DNA from: Halorutilales archaeon Cl-col2-1 | Lineage (GTDB): Archaea > Halobacteriota > Halobacteria > Halobacteriales > Afararchaeaceae | NCBI GenBank assembly: GCA_041891055.1 | Contig: CP169074.1 | Coordinates: 992,001-1,056,000, forward strand | Direction: 5' to 3' | Length of the DNA stretch: 64,000 bases | Translations under genes and position numbers: made by a program | Shown: one piece after another, positions 10,771 through 19,548 of the stretch | How the letters are laid out: each line of letters begins with the position of its first letter | How positions within the stretch are numbered: the first letter of the stretch is position 1 | The notes under the pieces: generated by a model | What the model was told of the DNA's origin: nothing | Seen by the model: only the letters and a program-made list of their open reading frames with translations | The model's database searches: none

Positions 10771-11344
10771 TTATACCAGTATCAGTATCAGTACCCAGAC
10801 CGCCGCTTGTTTTTTCTTCACGCAGTGCTGTCTCAAGCAGTTCAGCACGTTCTTCGAGAGTCTGCCACTCAGAAAGGTCGTCCCATAGATCCTCAACTGT
10901 AGCTGTTTCACTAGCTTCTTTTAACGAGACTTCTCCCGGTTCATCTTCTCCGAACCTTTCTCGGTACTCTCTGATTGAGTCGATGGTCTCTTTGAGTTCA
11001 TCTAGTATCTCTTCATCGGAGTGATGGCTTCGTATCTGTTCGACTTGACGCCAGCGGAGAAAGGACTCGTTTCTCTCGTACTGTGTTGGTCTGTTACTGT
11101 GTTTTCGTACCAATCCCAGATCAGCAAACCAGTCTAGGTAGTCTCGTGCTGTCTCTGTGTCACAGCCTGCATGTTCTGCAATACTTGAGACTTTTGTAGG
11201 CTCACGTACCTGCATTATAACATCCATCAGACGCTCCCTGGTTGATCCTCCTTCAAACATCTCTTCGGGATCCTCCCAGTTACTGAAGTCCGGCTTTTCA
11301 CCATCCGGTCTAGATCTATCCGATATGTCTGTCAAATCCCTCAT
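10763..11344 (-). CDS. wHTH + coiled-coil protein, putative antitoxin/regulator
   Basis: KVSSIAEHAGCDTETARDYL HTH; paralogs at 12603 and 52677. Confidence 0.8.
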   Translation of the reverse strand: MRDLTDISDRSRPDGEKPDFSNWEDPEEMFEGGSTRERLMDVIMQVREPTKVSSIAEHAGCDTETARDYLDWFADLGLVRKHSNRPTQYERNESFLRWRQVEQIRSHHSDEEILDELKETIDSIREYRERFGEDEPGEVSLKEASETATVEDLWDDLSEWQTLEERAELLETALREEKTSGGLGTDTDTGINA

Positions 11345-11428
11345 AGATACCTTTACAGGTTAGACTGTAATATATCTACTGGGGGCTGTATTATTTCAGA
11401 GTATGGGTAGAAGAGTAAGTCTGCAGAT

Positions 11429-11514
11429 CTAGAATCTCCGCCAGTCCTGAACCTGTATGCCGTCTATCCTCTCGAAATGGGACACGTTTGGTGTCAAGAC
11501 TATGAGCTGGTTCA
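11429..11514 (-). pseudogene. VapC PIN toxin C-terminal remnant
   Basis: LIVLTPNVSHFERIDGIQVQDW resembles the end of vapC at 59150; the rest is deleted. Confidence 0.7.
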
Positions 11515-11730
11515 CTAACCCTGTTGCTCCGAAGCTTCTTCACTGAGTTTGCCTATGTCTTCTTTAACGTCTCTGTAAATCTCTTCATCTAGTACTCTTT
11601 GACCCGCAACGTCGGAGATAATACTTCCTTCTTCGATCTTCTCATCGATCACCTCGCTGAAGCTCTTACCGTCTTTCTCTCTACTGAGTTTCTCGTATAC
11701 TTCGTCCGAGATGGAGATATTCTTGCTCAT
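11515..11730 (-). CDS. vapB: VapB-family (DUF217-like) antitoxin
   Basis: MSKNISISDEVYEKL..KSFSEVI. Confidence 0.85.
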   Translation of the reverse strand: MSKNISISDEVYEKLSREKDGKSFSEVIDEKIEEGSIISDVAGQRVLDEEIYRDVKEDIGKLSEEASEQQG

Positions 11731-11912
11731 AGAGTATGTATGGGTACTCGTAGTAAAATATTAGCTTGCACGTCTTCGCGATAACTGAGGAGAAACGTCA
11801 TACGACGACGAAGGAGTCCAAGATAAGTACGTAGTCTCATCGGACTCTGTGGTTAGCTATTTCACCACCCGCGGTCTTAATGGGTTGCTATATATTTTAT
11901 TCAACATAGAGA

Positions 11913-12104
11913 ATGGATGAAGAAGAGATTGAACTCATCTATATAGCACTTCAGCGTTACCAGGAGGGAGAGATAGGCATGTGTGACGCTGCGGATATCG
12001 CCGGAGTCAGCATCTTCGAGATCATGGCGGAGGCGAACGAACGTGGCATCCTCAGTAACTACGATGACGCAGACCTAGAATACGACGTAGAGTCACTCCT
12101 ATGA
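11913..12104 (+). CDS. UPF0175-like antitoxin (possibly 5'-truncated), followed by a PIN start remnant MTMKLLVD
   Basis: ALQRYQEGEIG..AADIAGVS; ATGA overlap with a short broken PIN start. Confidence 0.65.
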   Translation: MDEEEIELIYIALQRYQEGEIGMCDAADIAGVSIFEIMAEANERGILSNYDDADLEYDVESLL

Positions 12105-12139
12105 CTATGAAACTTCTCGTCGACGTGTATTACTCGTAC

Positions 12140-12592
12140 TTACGGAGGATTACCTTGATTAAGGAGAGAGAAGTCGTCCGCCTCCCACGCTTGACGCCAT
12201 AGCTGAATTACAGCCAGTGCAACTAACCTATCAGTCTCGACCTCAATACACGACTCCTCTGGATCACGTCGTTCTCCCTTCTGAGGAGACGGAGGATGAA
12301 AATGCTTCTCCGGAGAATGGTGATTTGGATGCCGGTCGTATCTGAAGTCGAACTCTCCCGGCTCCGTGTAGTGAAAGTTGAAGTAGTTACGTGTACTCCA
12401 TCTGACATCGAACCTGCCCGGCTTCTCGAATCCATCTTCAAAATATACCTGTAGTTCATGCGGGTCAAACTCGTCTAACTGAGCCTCCTCAACTAACGGC
12501 TCATGGTTAACGAAAACATCACGTATTACCCTCAGCGAACTGACTTTGACTTCTCCGAACTCGCCTGTGTACTCCTCGTCAGTATCAGTCAT
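12140..12592 (-). CDS. Putative toxin-like partner (RYDRHPN..HFHPP family)
   Basis: Paralog of 10321..10770. Confidence 0.7.
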   Translation of the reverse strand: MTDTDEEYTGEFGEVKVSSLRVIRDVFVNHEPLVEEAQLDEFDPHELQVYFEDGFEKPGRFDVRWSTRNYFNFHYTEPGEFDFRYDRHPNHHSPEKHFHPPSPQKGERRDPEESCIEVETDRLVALAVIQLWRQAWEADDFSLLNQGNPP

Positions 12593-12602
12593 ACGAACTC
12601 TA

Positions 12603-13166
12603 TCAAGCTGTCGACTGTGTCCTCTCAGTGTCAGTACCTTCATCCGAGAACGTCAGAACCTGCTTGAACGCAAGAGCCGTCTTTGCTATAGCTAGATTCT
12701 CCCGCTTGGTTCTCCATTCTGAGACCACAGTCGGTATATCCATCTCGCCCTCATTCTCTCTCTCATCCATCTGAATTATGAGATCCTCGGGAGTCTCAAC
12801 CCCGTATTCTTCTCTGTATTCATGTATCTCGGATCTCATCTCCCTTATTCTGTCTTCTATCTCGTCTCTAGAGTAGGAGGAGCTGATATTTCTCACTCTC
12901 CTCATCTTCTCGGAGGACTCGTCCCATCTATAGAGCTTAGCACCTCCTCTCTCATCGATCTGTACCTCGTTCATCTCGTGAAGCCTACCGAGATACTTTC
13001 TCGCCGTGTTTGGGCTGACGTCAGCGGTTTCAGCTACCTGTTTTGCCTTCATCTTGTCACGACTGTTTCTAATCACGTCTCTGACTCTCTCGAATCCGTC
13101 TGTACTCTCTGACCATTCTCGTTTTACACGCTCGTTTATGTCCTCTGTGTCCTGTGGCATATACAT
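12603..13166 (-). CDS. wHTH + coiled-coil protein, putative antitoxin/regulator
   Basis: AKQVAETADVSPNTARKYL. Confidence 0.8.
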   Translation of the reverse strand: MYMPQDTEDINERVKREWSESTDGFERVRDVIRNSRDKMKAKQVAETADVSPNTARKYLGRLHEMNEVQIDERGGAKLYRWDESSEKMRRVRNISSSYSRDEIEDRIREMRSEIHEYREEYGVETPEDLIIQMDERENEGEMDIPTVVSEWRTKRENLAIAKTALAFKQVLTFSDEGTDTERTQSTA

Positions 13167-13310
13167 CTGATACTTACCGTGGACTCATATATTTTACTGA
13201 TACCTCATATGTTTGAATTATACGCGTTTATACGTAAGCACATAGAGGTATCGGAGAAAGGACAGAAACGAGAAGAAGATATTTACCTGTAGATCAACAA
13301 GTAAGTCAGC

Positions 13311-14060
13311 ATGAAAGCTGTCGTACTGGCTGGAGGCGAGGGCACACGTCTACGTCCTCTTACCGAAGATAAGCCTAAGGGTATGGTCGAAGTCGACGGT
13401 AAGCCTATTCTGACTCACTGTTTCAAACAACTATCCGATCTGGGTGCCGACGAGCTCGTGGTCGTTGTCGGATACATGAAAGAGAAGATCATCGACCACT
13501 ACGGAGACGACTTCGAAGGTATACCTATCACCTACACCCATCAGAGAGAGCAGAAGGGACTCGCTCACGCTCTTCTGACCGCCGAGAACCACATCGACGA
13601 CGACTTCATGCTGATGCTCGGCGACAATATCTTCAACGCCAACCTCGAAGACGTCGTCAAACGTCAGCGAGAGGATCGCGCCGACGCAGCCTTCTTGGTC
13701 GAGGAGGTGCCCTACGAAGAAGCATCACGGTACGGAGTCGCCGACACCAACAAGTACGGCGAGATAACCGACGTCATAGAGAAGCCTGAGGAGCCTCCTA
13801 CCAACCTCGTGATGACGGGCTTCTACACCTTCTCTCCCGCGATCTTTCACGCCTGTCATCTCGTTCAGCCGTCGAACCGCGGTGAGTACGAGATAAGTGA
13901 AGCTATAGACCTACTCATCAAGAGCGGACGGACGATAGATGCTATCGGCTTAGAGGGCTGGCGAGTCGACATCGGCTATCCCGAGGATCGCGACGAAGCA
14001 GAAAGACGTCTGAGTGACGACCAGGATATCGAAGACGACGTCGAGACTGCCGAAAGCTAA
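13311..14060 (+). CDS. aglF: Glucose-1-phosphate uridylyltransferase
   Basis: LAGGEGTRLRPLTEDKPK; matches the haloarchaeal AglF pattern. Confidence 0.9.
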   Translation: MKAVVLAGGEGTRLRPLTEDKPKGMVEVDGKPILTHCFKQLSDLGADELVVVVGYMKEKIIDHYGDDFEGIPITYTHQREQKGLAHALLTAENHIDDDFMLMLGDNIFNANLEDVVKRQREDRADAAFLVEEVPYEEASRYGVADTNKYGEITDVIEKPEEPPTNLVMTGFYTFSPAIFHACHLVQPSNRGEYEISEAIDLLIKSGRTIDAIGLEGWRVDIGYPEDRDEAERRLSDDQDIEDDVETAES

Positions 14061-14111
14061 GGCTGAGGCTTCTCGGCAGATTTTTAGTAGACTCTTGATA
14101 ACTTAGACAAA

Positions 14112-15098
14112 ATGAGCATACTCGTAACAGGAGGGGCGGGCTTCATTGGGGGACATCTCGCCGAGACCTTCGTCGAAGAGGGTCACGATGTCGTAGCTAT
14201 AGACAACTTCGATCCCTACTACAGCGTAGGTCTCAAGAGACACAACGTCGACTGTGCGCGTTCTGCGGCTGAGGAGAGTGACGGCACGTACGAGTTAGTA
14301 GAGGGCGACATCCGTGACGAGAAAGTCATCTCCGAGTTAGTCGAGGACGCCGACTACGTCTTTCACGAGGCGGCACAGGCAGGCGTACGTACGAGCGTCG
14401 AGAATCCACAGAAGGTCAACAGCATAAACGAGGGAGGTCTTCTCAATATACTCGAAGCCGCGAAGGACTCCGAGACTGGGCGTGTCGTAGTGGCGAGTTC
14501 GTCGTCTGTCTACGGCAAGCCAGAGTATCTGCCCTACGATGAGGAGCATCCCAAGAGTCCTGTGAGTCCGTACGGAGTCTCGAAGCTGGCTTCAGAGAAC
14601 TACACGCGTGTCTACAACGAGTTACACGGGCTCTCGACCGTCGTCATACGTCCCTTCACAGTCTACGGTCCACGTATGCGTCCCAACATGGCTATAACCA
14701 ACTTCGTCTCACGGTGTATCAACGGCAAGTCGCCGGTCGTCTACGGAGACGGCGAACAGACACGTGACTTCACGTATATCGAGGACATAGTCGACGCCCA
14801 CCGCACTCTTCTTGATACTGACGAAGCAGACGGCGAGGTCATGAATATCGGCAGTACTGACAATATCTCGATAAACGAGCTCGCGAGGGAGATACGGGAT
14901 GAGATAGATCCCGACCTCGACATCGAGTACGACGAGAGACACGACGCCGACGCCGAACACACCCACGCCGACATCTCGAAGGCTAAGAATCTTATAGGCT
15001 ACGAGCCGAATACGGAGATACGTGAAGGCGTCTCGGAGTTCGTCGACTGGTACCGCGACAACAGAGACTGGTACGAGACCCTAGTTCTGGAGTCTTAA
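14112..15098 (+). CDS. NAD-dependent nucleotide-sugar epimerase/dehydratase
   Basis: TGGAGFIG, SSSSVYG, YGVSK. Confidence 0.92.
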   Translation: MSILVTGGAGFIGGHLAETFVEEGHDVVAIDNFDPYYSVGLKRHNVDCARSAAEESDGTYELVEGDIRDEKVISELVEDADYVFHEAAQAGVRTSVENPQKVNSINEGGLLNILEAAKDSETGRVVVASSSSVYGKPEYLPYDEEHPKSPVSPYGVSKLASENYTRVYNELHGLSTVVIRPFTVYGPRMRPNMAITNFVSRCINGKSPVVYGDGEQTRDFTYIEDIVDAHRTLLDTDEADGEVMNIGSTDNISINELAREIRDEIDPDLDIEYDERHDADAEHTHADISKAKNLIGYEPNTEIREGVSEFVDWYRDNRDWYETLVLES

Positions 15099-15114
15099 AG
15101 TGTCACTCCCTTTG

Positions 15115-16509
15115 CTATGAAGAAGCTGAGAATATCTGATCTAGCTTTTCTATGTCGACCAGTGTCCATGTCTCCCCAGCCTCATCGAGGAGGTCTCGAG
15201 TGAAACCACTCTTCGAGAAGAGTACGTACTCCTCGTGACGCTCGTTGTTGTGCCATCTGACCTCGTCTGACTTGTTCTCTAAGTCACGCATGAGGTCGGT
15301 ATCCACCTTACTCTCTGTCCATTTACATTCACAGAAGACAGTACTCTTACTCTCCGGGTTGAGTCCGACGATATCGATCTCATATTCCTTGTACCACCAC
15401 TTACCCATCTTCGAGTAACTGTCTCGAAGCATACCTTGCCTGTTCATCTTCCACAGAGCCTCCGTGCATACCTCTTCGTATGTTTTGGAGACAAACCTAT
15501 CAAGCCGAGGCTGTATGTTGTTCTCAAGTACGAGTTCGGGGGACTCCTCTATGCCTGATCTGTTTGGCTCTATGAACCTAAACCAGAAACGTAAGAAGCT
15601 GTCTTTTATTTTATAGATAGATCTCTTCGATTTTTTCTTGTCTGCGGTCACCGGTACGACCCTTTCGATCAGGCGGATACGTCTAAGCTTCTGTAAATAG
15701 TTGGACAACGGACCAGAACCGATATCCGTCTGACCTGAAATCTCGTTAGGAGTCGTATGTCCGTTAGCGATCGCTTCCAATATACTCATGTACCTCGATG
15801 GGTTTCTGAGTTCTGTGCGTAGCAAGAACTCCGGCTCATTATACAGTACAGAGTTCTTCGAGAGATGGTTTTCAAGGAGATTCTGGCTAAGTGAGTTCTC
15901 GTAGTCGAAGAGCTGTAGGTACATAGGTGTCCCTCCCGTAGTAGAGTAAGACCGTACTGCGTCAACCATACTGTAGTCGATAATACTGAGTGAGTCTGAG
16001 AAGCTGAACGGCTTGAGATCAATCTGGGCGGTTCGCCTCCCGTAGAGTGGACTCTTGTGTCCCATGACGTCCGACTCCATGACACTGATAGACGAACCAC
16101 ATAAGATTAACATCGAGTCCATGTCTTCTGAGTTCTCGTCTATAACAGACTGAAGGCTCGAAAGAACCGAGCTGTCTGATCCTATCAGATACGGGAGTTC
16201 GTCAATAGCGAGTACTATCTTTTCCTCGGAGAGTTTCTCGCCTACGTAATCTATGGCATCGCTCCAGCTCTCGGTTCGGGGGACACGCTCGTTGAAGTAG
16301 TCGACTATGTCTTCTATGAGCTTCTCTCTCTGTAGCTTCTCGGAGTCCTGGGAGACTAGGTGGTATATATGAGGTTTGTCCTCGCAGAACTTCTTGATGA
16401 GCTCCGTCTTTCCAACGCGTCTTCTACCATATAGAACTACAAAACTGAATCCATCCGAACTGTATTCCTCTTCGAGTGTTCTGAGTTCAGAGTTCCTGTT
16501 GTGAAACAT
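15115..16509 (-). CDS. Archaeal ATPase + wHTH + DUF234 protein (second paralog)
   Basis: MFHNR, YGRRRVGKT, IDEL, EIDIV..CECKW. Confidence 0.9.
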   Translation of the reverse strand: MFHNRNSELRTLEEEYSSDGFSFVVLYGRRRVGKTELIKKFCEDKPHIYHLVSQDSEKLQREKLIEDIVDYFNERVPRTESWSDAIDYVGEKLSEEKIVLAIDELPYLIGSDSSVLSSLQSVIDENSEDMDSMLILCGSSISVMESDVMGHKSPLYGRRTAQIDLKPFSFSDSLSIIDYSMVDAVRSYSTTGGTPMYLQLFDYENSLSQNLLENHLSKNSVLYNEPEFLLRTELRNPSRYMSILEAIANGHTTPNEISGQTDIGSGPLSNYLQKLRRIRLIERVVPVTADKKKSKRSIYKIKDSFLRFWFRFIEPNRSGIEESPELVLENNIQPRLDRFVSKTYEEVCTEALWKMNRQGMLRDSYSKMGKWWYKEYEIDIVGLNPESKSTVFCECKWTESKVDTDLMRDLENKSDEVRWHNNERHEEYVLFSKSGFTRDLLDEAGETWTLVDIEKLDQIFSASS

Positions 16510-16510
16510 T

Positions 16511-16539
16511 ATTATCGTAATAATCATTATCGTGATAAT
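16511..16539. promoter_or_regulatory. Tandem palindromic operator-like boxes
   Basis: attatcgtaataat-c-attatcgtgataat directly upstream of ATG 16509. Confidence 0.55.
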
Positions 16540-16633
16540 GATATATAGAGGTTAGGCTTAGCTTCGAGACAAGGTGGCTAACTACGAGGTTTGACCGGAT
16601 CCATCACCTCTGGGAGTAGAAGGGAGAAAATAC

Positions 16634-16987
16634 TTAGCTAACTCCGAGGCTGAGTTTCAGAGCATCATCGATCTCCGACATCGTGGACGAGTCGAGGCTA
16701 CCGACCACCGACTCGATACGGCTTTCTACCGACACAGTCCGTATCTGATCGAGACGTACCGACGAGTCCTTCTCGAAAGGAGAACCCGACGCCTCGACAA
16801 AGACCTCGAAGGGATACTCCCTGTATGTACCTGTCGCAGGGGCGACGATAGTAGTACTCGAGTTTCTGTTACCCACGTCATTCTGTACGACCACGGCAGG
16901 ACATGTCTTTTTCATCTCGTTGCCCTCAGCAGGATCGAGACGAACTATAACAACATCACCTCTCCTTATCTCTATGTCGTCGCTCAT
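16634..16987 (-). CDS. mazF: PemK/MazF toxin with catalytic Arg changed to Cys
   Basis: RRGDV..LDPAEGNEMKKTCPAVVVQND; family consensus has RP. Confidence 0.88.
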   Translation of the reverse strand: MSDDIEIRRGDVVIVRLDPAEGNEMKKTCPAVVVQNDVGNRNSSTTIVAPATGTYREYPFEVFVEASGSPFEKDSSVRLDQIRTVSVESRIESVVGSLDSSTMSEIDDALKLSLGVS

Positions 16988-17217
16988 TCTTCGAGACTTT
17001 CCCACGCTTCGTCCGAAGTCTCAGTCCACTCCTCAGCAATACTCTCCGCAGTGTCAGAGGCATCTCGGTACGCCGACGCAAGATATTCCTCGTCGACGTC
17101 TGACTCGACCTCGACGATAGCAACAGTCACACGTTTGTTGGCGTACTCAGTCCCCAGATATAGCCTACCTCTGTCGTCCGTCTCGTTTGTCTGGAGTTCG
17201 TCTGCATCTACTTCCAT
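16984..17217 (-). CDS. Antitoxin of the MazF pair
   Basis: ETDDRGRLYLG swapped-hairpin-like N-terminus, acidic tail, ATGA overlap. Confidence 0.75.
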   Translation of the reverse strand: MEVDADELQTNETDDRGRLYLGTEYANKRVTVAIVEVESDVDEEYLASAYRDASDTAESIAEEWTETSDEAWESLEE

Positions 17218-17443
17218 ACATAGGATACAGTCTCCCAACAGATTAATTTTCCCACTATTACCCATTAATACCGGGTCGTTTTCTTACGATACTCACAAAG
17301 GAGAGAAGCTGTGACTCATCCTTAGGTCTCAGAGAGCGGTAGTCTGGCTGTTCACGAAGACAGTCCCTACGTGTGACAAACTTGACTGATTTCCGAGATG
17401 ACTGTCCAACGAATTTAACAGCCTGGGGATTCTAAGAAGAAGT

Positions 17444-17791
17444 ATGCCAAGTCAAAAGACCGGGGAAGTAGATGAGTCGGATATAGCAGAGCTGCGTGAT
17501 GAGTACCCGAGCGGTTGGCGTATCCTCACTCAGCACGAAAGCGTGGGATATATGATTGACGCTCTGATGGACGCACCAGAGTATCACTTCACTAAGTCAA
17601 AGCTGGCAGAGAAGGCTGGTGTGAGTCGCCAGTCCGTTCACACCCACCTCAGTCTCCTTCTGACTCTTGGCATAATAGAAGTAGTTGAGAACTCGTCGCC
17701 GGAGAAATACACGCTCAGTTCGGACAACGAGATAGTCAGAGAGCTACACCGACTGAATGGACTAGTAAATCAGAAGCTTAGTCAGGAGTAG
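17444..17791 (+). CDS. wHTH protein
   Basis: FTKSKLAEKAGVSRQSVHTHL. Confidence 0.8.
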   Translation: MPSQKTGEVDESDIAELRDEYPSGWRILTQHESVGYMIDALMDAPEYHFTKSKLAEKAGVSRQSVHTHLSLLLTLGIIEVVENSSPEKYTLSSDNEIVRELHRLNGLVNQKLSQE

Positions 17792-17792
17792 G

Positions 17793-17978
17793 ATGGATGG
17801 GAAAGCCCGCATCGTGTGGAAGCTGGCTCGGAACCACACATGGGGAACGCCGATGCCAGCCGACAAGTTAGTTCGTATCGCGGCTACTGACGAGGATCAC
17901 GACGAGATGAGACAATATCTTGAGGATGTTCTGGAGCTATCTTTCGTATCTCGTCCAACTGTCGGATTATCTAACTAA
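17793..17978 (+). pseudogene. Short, probably truncated partner of the wHTH gene
   Basis: Coupled 61-aa ORF that ends abruptly. Confidence 0.45.
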
Positions 17979-18058
17979 CCCATATCGGATCTATTCGAAG
18001 CTGTTGATTAAGCTAGGTACCGCAAGTTGAAAGTCTCTCGAAACTGGGTTTGATATAG

Positions 18059-19189
18059 ATGAAAATACTCCGAGTCGCACAGAACCTGTATCCCGAGGTG
18101 CCCGGGGGAGGTACGTACCATGTCCACGCTATGAGTCGTGATCAGGCGGAGATGGGACACGACGTGACCGTTCTTACTGTCTCGGATATTCATCAATCTT
18201 CGATTGATGAGCCTGCGGATCAAAGATTAACAGACGACGACAGTCTGCCTCGCCGAGAGGAGAGAGATGGGTATACAGTCGTACGTAGAAAGCCGACTGT
18301 CGGGGTCATAGGCAACGAGATATCAACTGGTGTTGGGAAGTTTCTACGTGATGCGTCGGGATTCGACGTGATTCACGCACACTCGCATCTGTACTTTTCT
18401 ACTAACTTAGCCGCGGTGAAACGCCGTCTCGGGGACATACCTCTGGCGATCACCAACCACGGACTCTACTCACAGAGCGCGCCCGAGTGGGTCTTCGACC
18501 TCTATCTGCGTACTGTGGGTCGGTGGACGTTTAACACGGCTGACGTCGTCTTCTGTTATACAGACGAGGACAGAAACAGGGTTCGGGAGTTCGGCGTCAA
18601 CTCACGTATAGAGGTCGTGCCAAACGGAGTCGACACCGAGCGGTTTACTCCTTCAGGTGAAGAGAGCGATCTCATCGATACTGACTCGGAGGTCGTCCTG
18701 TTTGTGGGTCGTCTAGTAGAGGGTAAACGTCCACAGGACGCCGTCGAAGCCGTCTCACGTCTCTCCGAGAGTAGGGATATCGAACTGTATGTCGTCGGAG
18801 ACGGCCCTATGCGTGACGATCTAGAGGAGACCGCAGACGAGAACGTGAGTTTTCTGGGGCAGGTGCCCTACGACGAGATGCCACGTGTCTATCGGTCGGG
18901 TGACGTTCTGATACTGCCTAGCCGTGCCGAGGGTCTGCCACGGACTGTTCTAGAGGCATTTTCGTCGGGGATTCCGGTCGTGTCGAGTCATCTGGAGCAT
19001 ACTGCTTCTATCGTGCAAGAAGGTGGTGAGACAGTCGAGGTCGGGGATGTTGAGGGTTATAGAGAGGCTCTGGAGAGTGTGTTGTCTGAGAAGGATAAGC
19101 TTGGTGTGAGAGGACGTGAGACCGTAGTCGACGGATTTCGATGGCAGGACACAGTCGAGGAGACGACAGATGTGCTCAAACAGATATGA
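18059..19189 (+). CDS. GT4 glycosyltransferase carrying a 16-codon in-frame mini-element insertion
   Basis: FVGRL..K, EGLPRTVLEA; insertion at 18189-18234. Confidence 0.93.
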   Translation: MKILRVAQNLYPEVPGGGTYHVHAMSRDQAEMGHDVTVLTVSDIHQSSIDEPADQRLTDDDSLPRREERDGYTVVRRKPTVGVIGNEISTGVGKFLRDASGFDVIHAHSHLYFSTNLAAVKRRLGDIPLAITNHGLYSQSAPEWVFDLYLRTVGRWTFNTADVVFCYTDEDRNRVREFGVNSRIEVVPNGVDTERFTPSGEESDLIDTDSEVVLFVGRLVEGKRPQDAVEAVSRLSESRDIELYVVGDGPMRDDLEETADENVSFLGQVPYDEMPRVYRSGDVLILPSRAEGLPRTVLEAFSSGIPVVSSHLEHTASIVQEGGETVEVGDVEGYREALESVLSEKDKLGVRGRETVVDGFRWQDTVEETTDVLKQI

Positions 19190-19201
19190 TTCACCAAAGC
19201 C
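19188..19201. mobile_element. Orphan IS5-family terminal inverted repeat
   Basis: gattcaccaaagcc is the exact reverse complement of 23999-24012. Confidence 0.65.
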
Positions 19202-19275
19202 GACTTAACAGGCTCACGACTACTAATTCCGGTAGCAACAAAAACCATAAGACGCACACACACGTCTACACAGAT

Positions 19276-19548
19276 ATGTCACTGAACCTGGGCGATGCCG
19301 TTCGGAATTCTCTTCTATATCGGGCAGTGTCACAGTTTCTGATCTGGTCAAAGCATAGTAAGATGGCACGTCTGCTTGGGAACGAAAGGGTTCTTGCCGC
19401 GATTATCGCTATCGGATTACTGGGAAGTATCTTCAGAGTCCTGAGTTCGGGTATGCAGGCTCCGGTCAAATTCTTGAGTTTCGCGCTGCTTTTTGTCATA
19501 ACCGTCGCGTTGACGTGGAACTACACCGAGCCACTCACGGACGAGTAA
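19276..19548 (+). CDS. Small two-TM membrane protein
   Basis: 90 aa from ATG 19276 with two hydrophobic helices. Confidence 0.55.
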   Translation: MSLNLGDAVRNSLLYRAVSQFLIWSKHSKMARLLGNERVLAAIIAIGLLGSIFRVLSSGMQAPVKFLSFALLFVITVALTWNYTEPLTDE

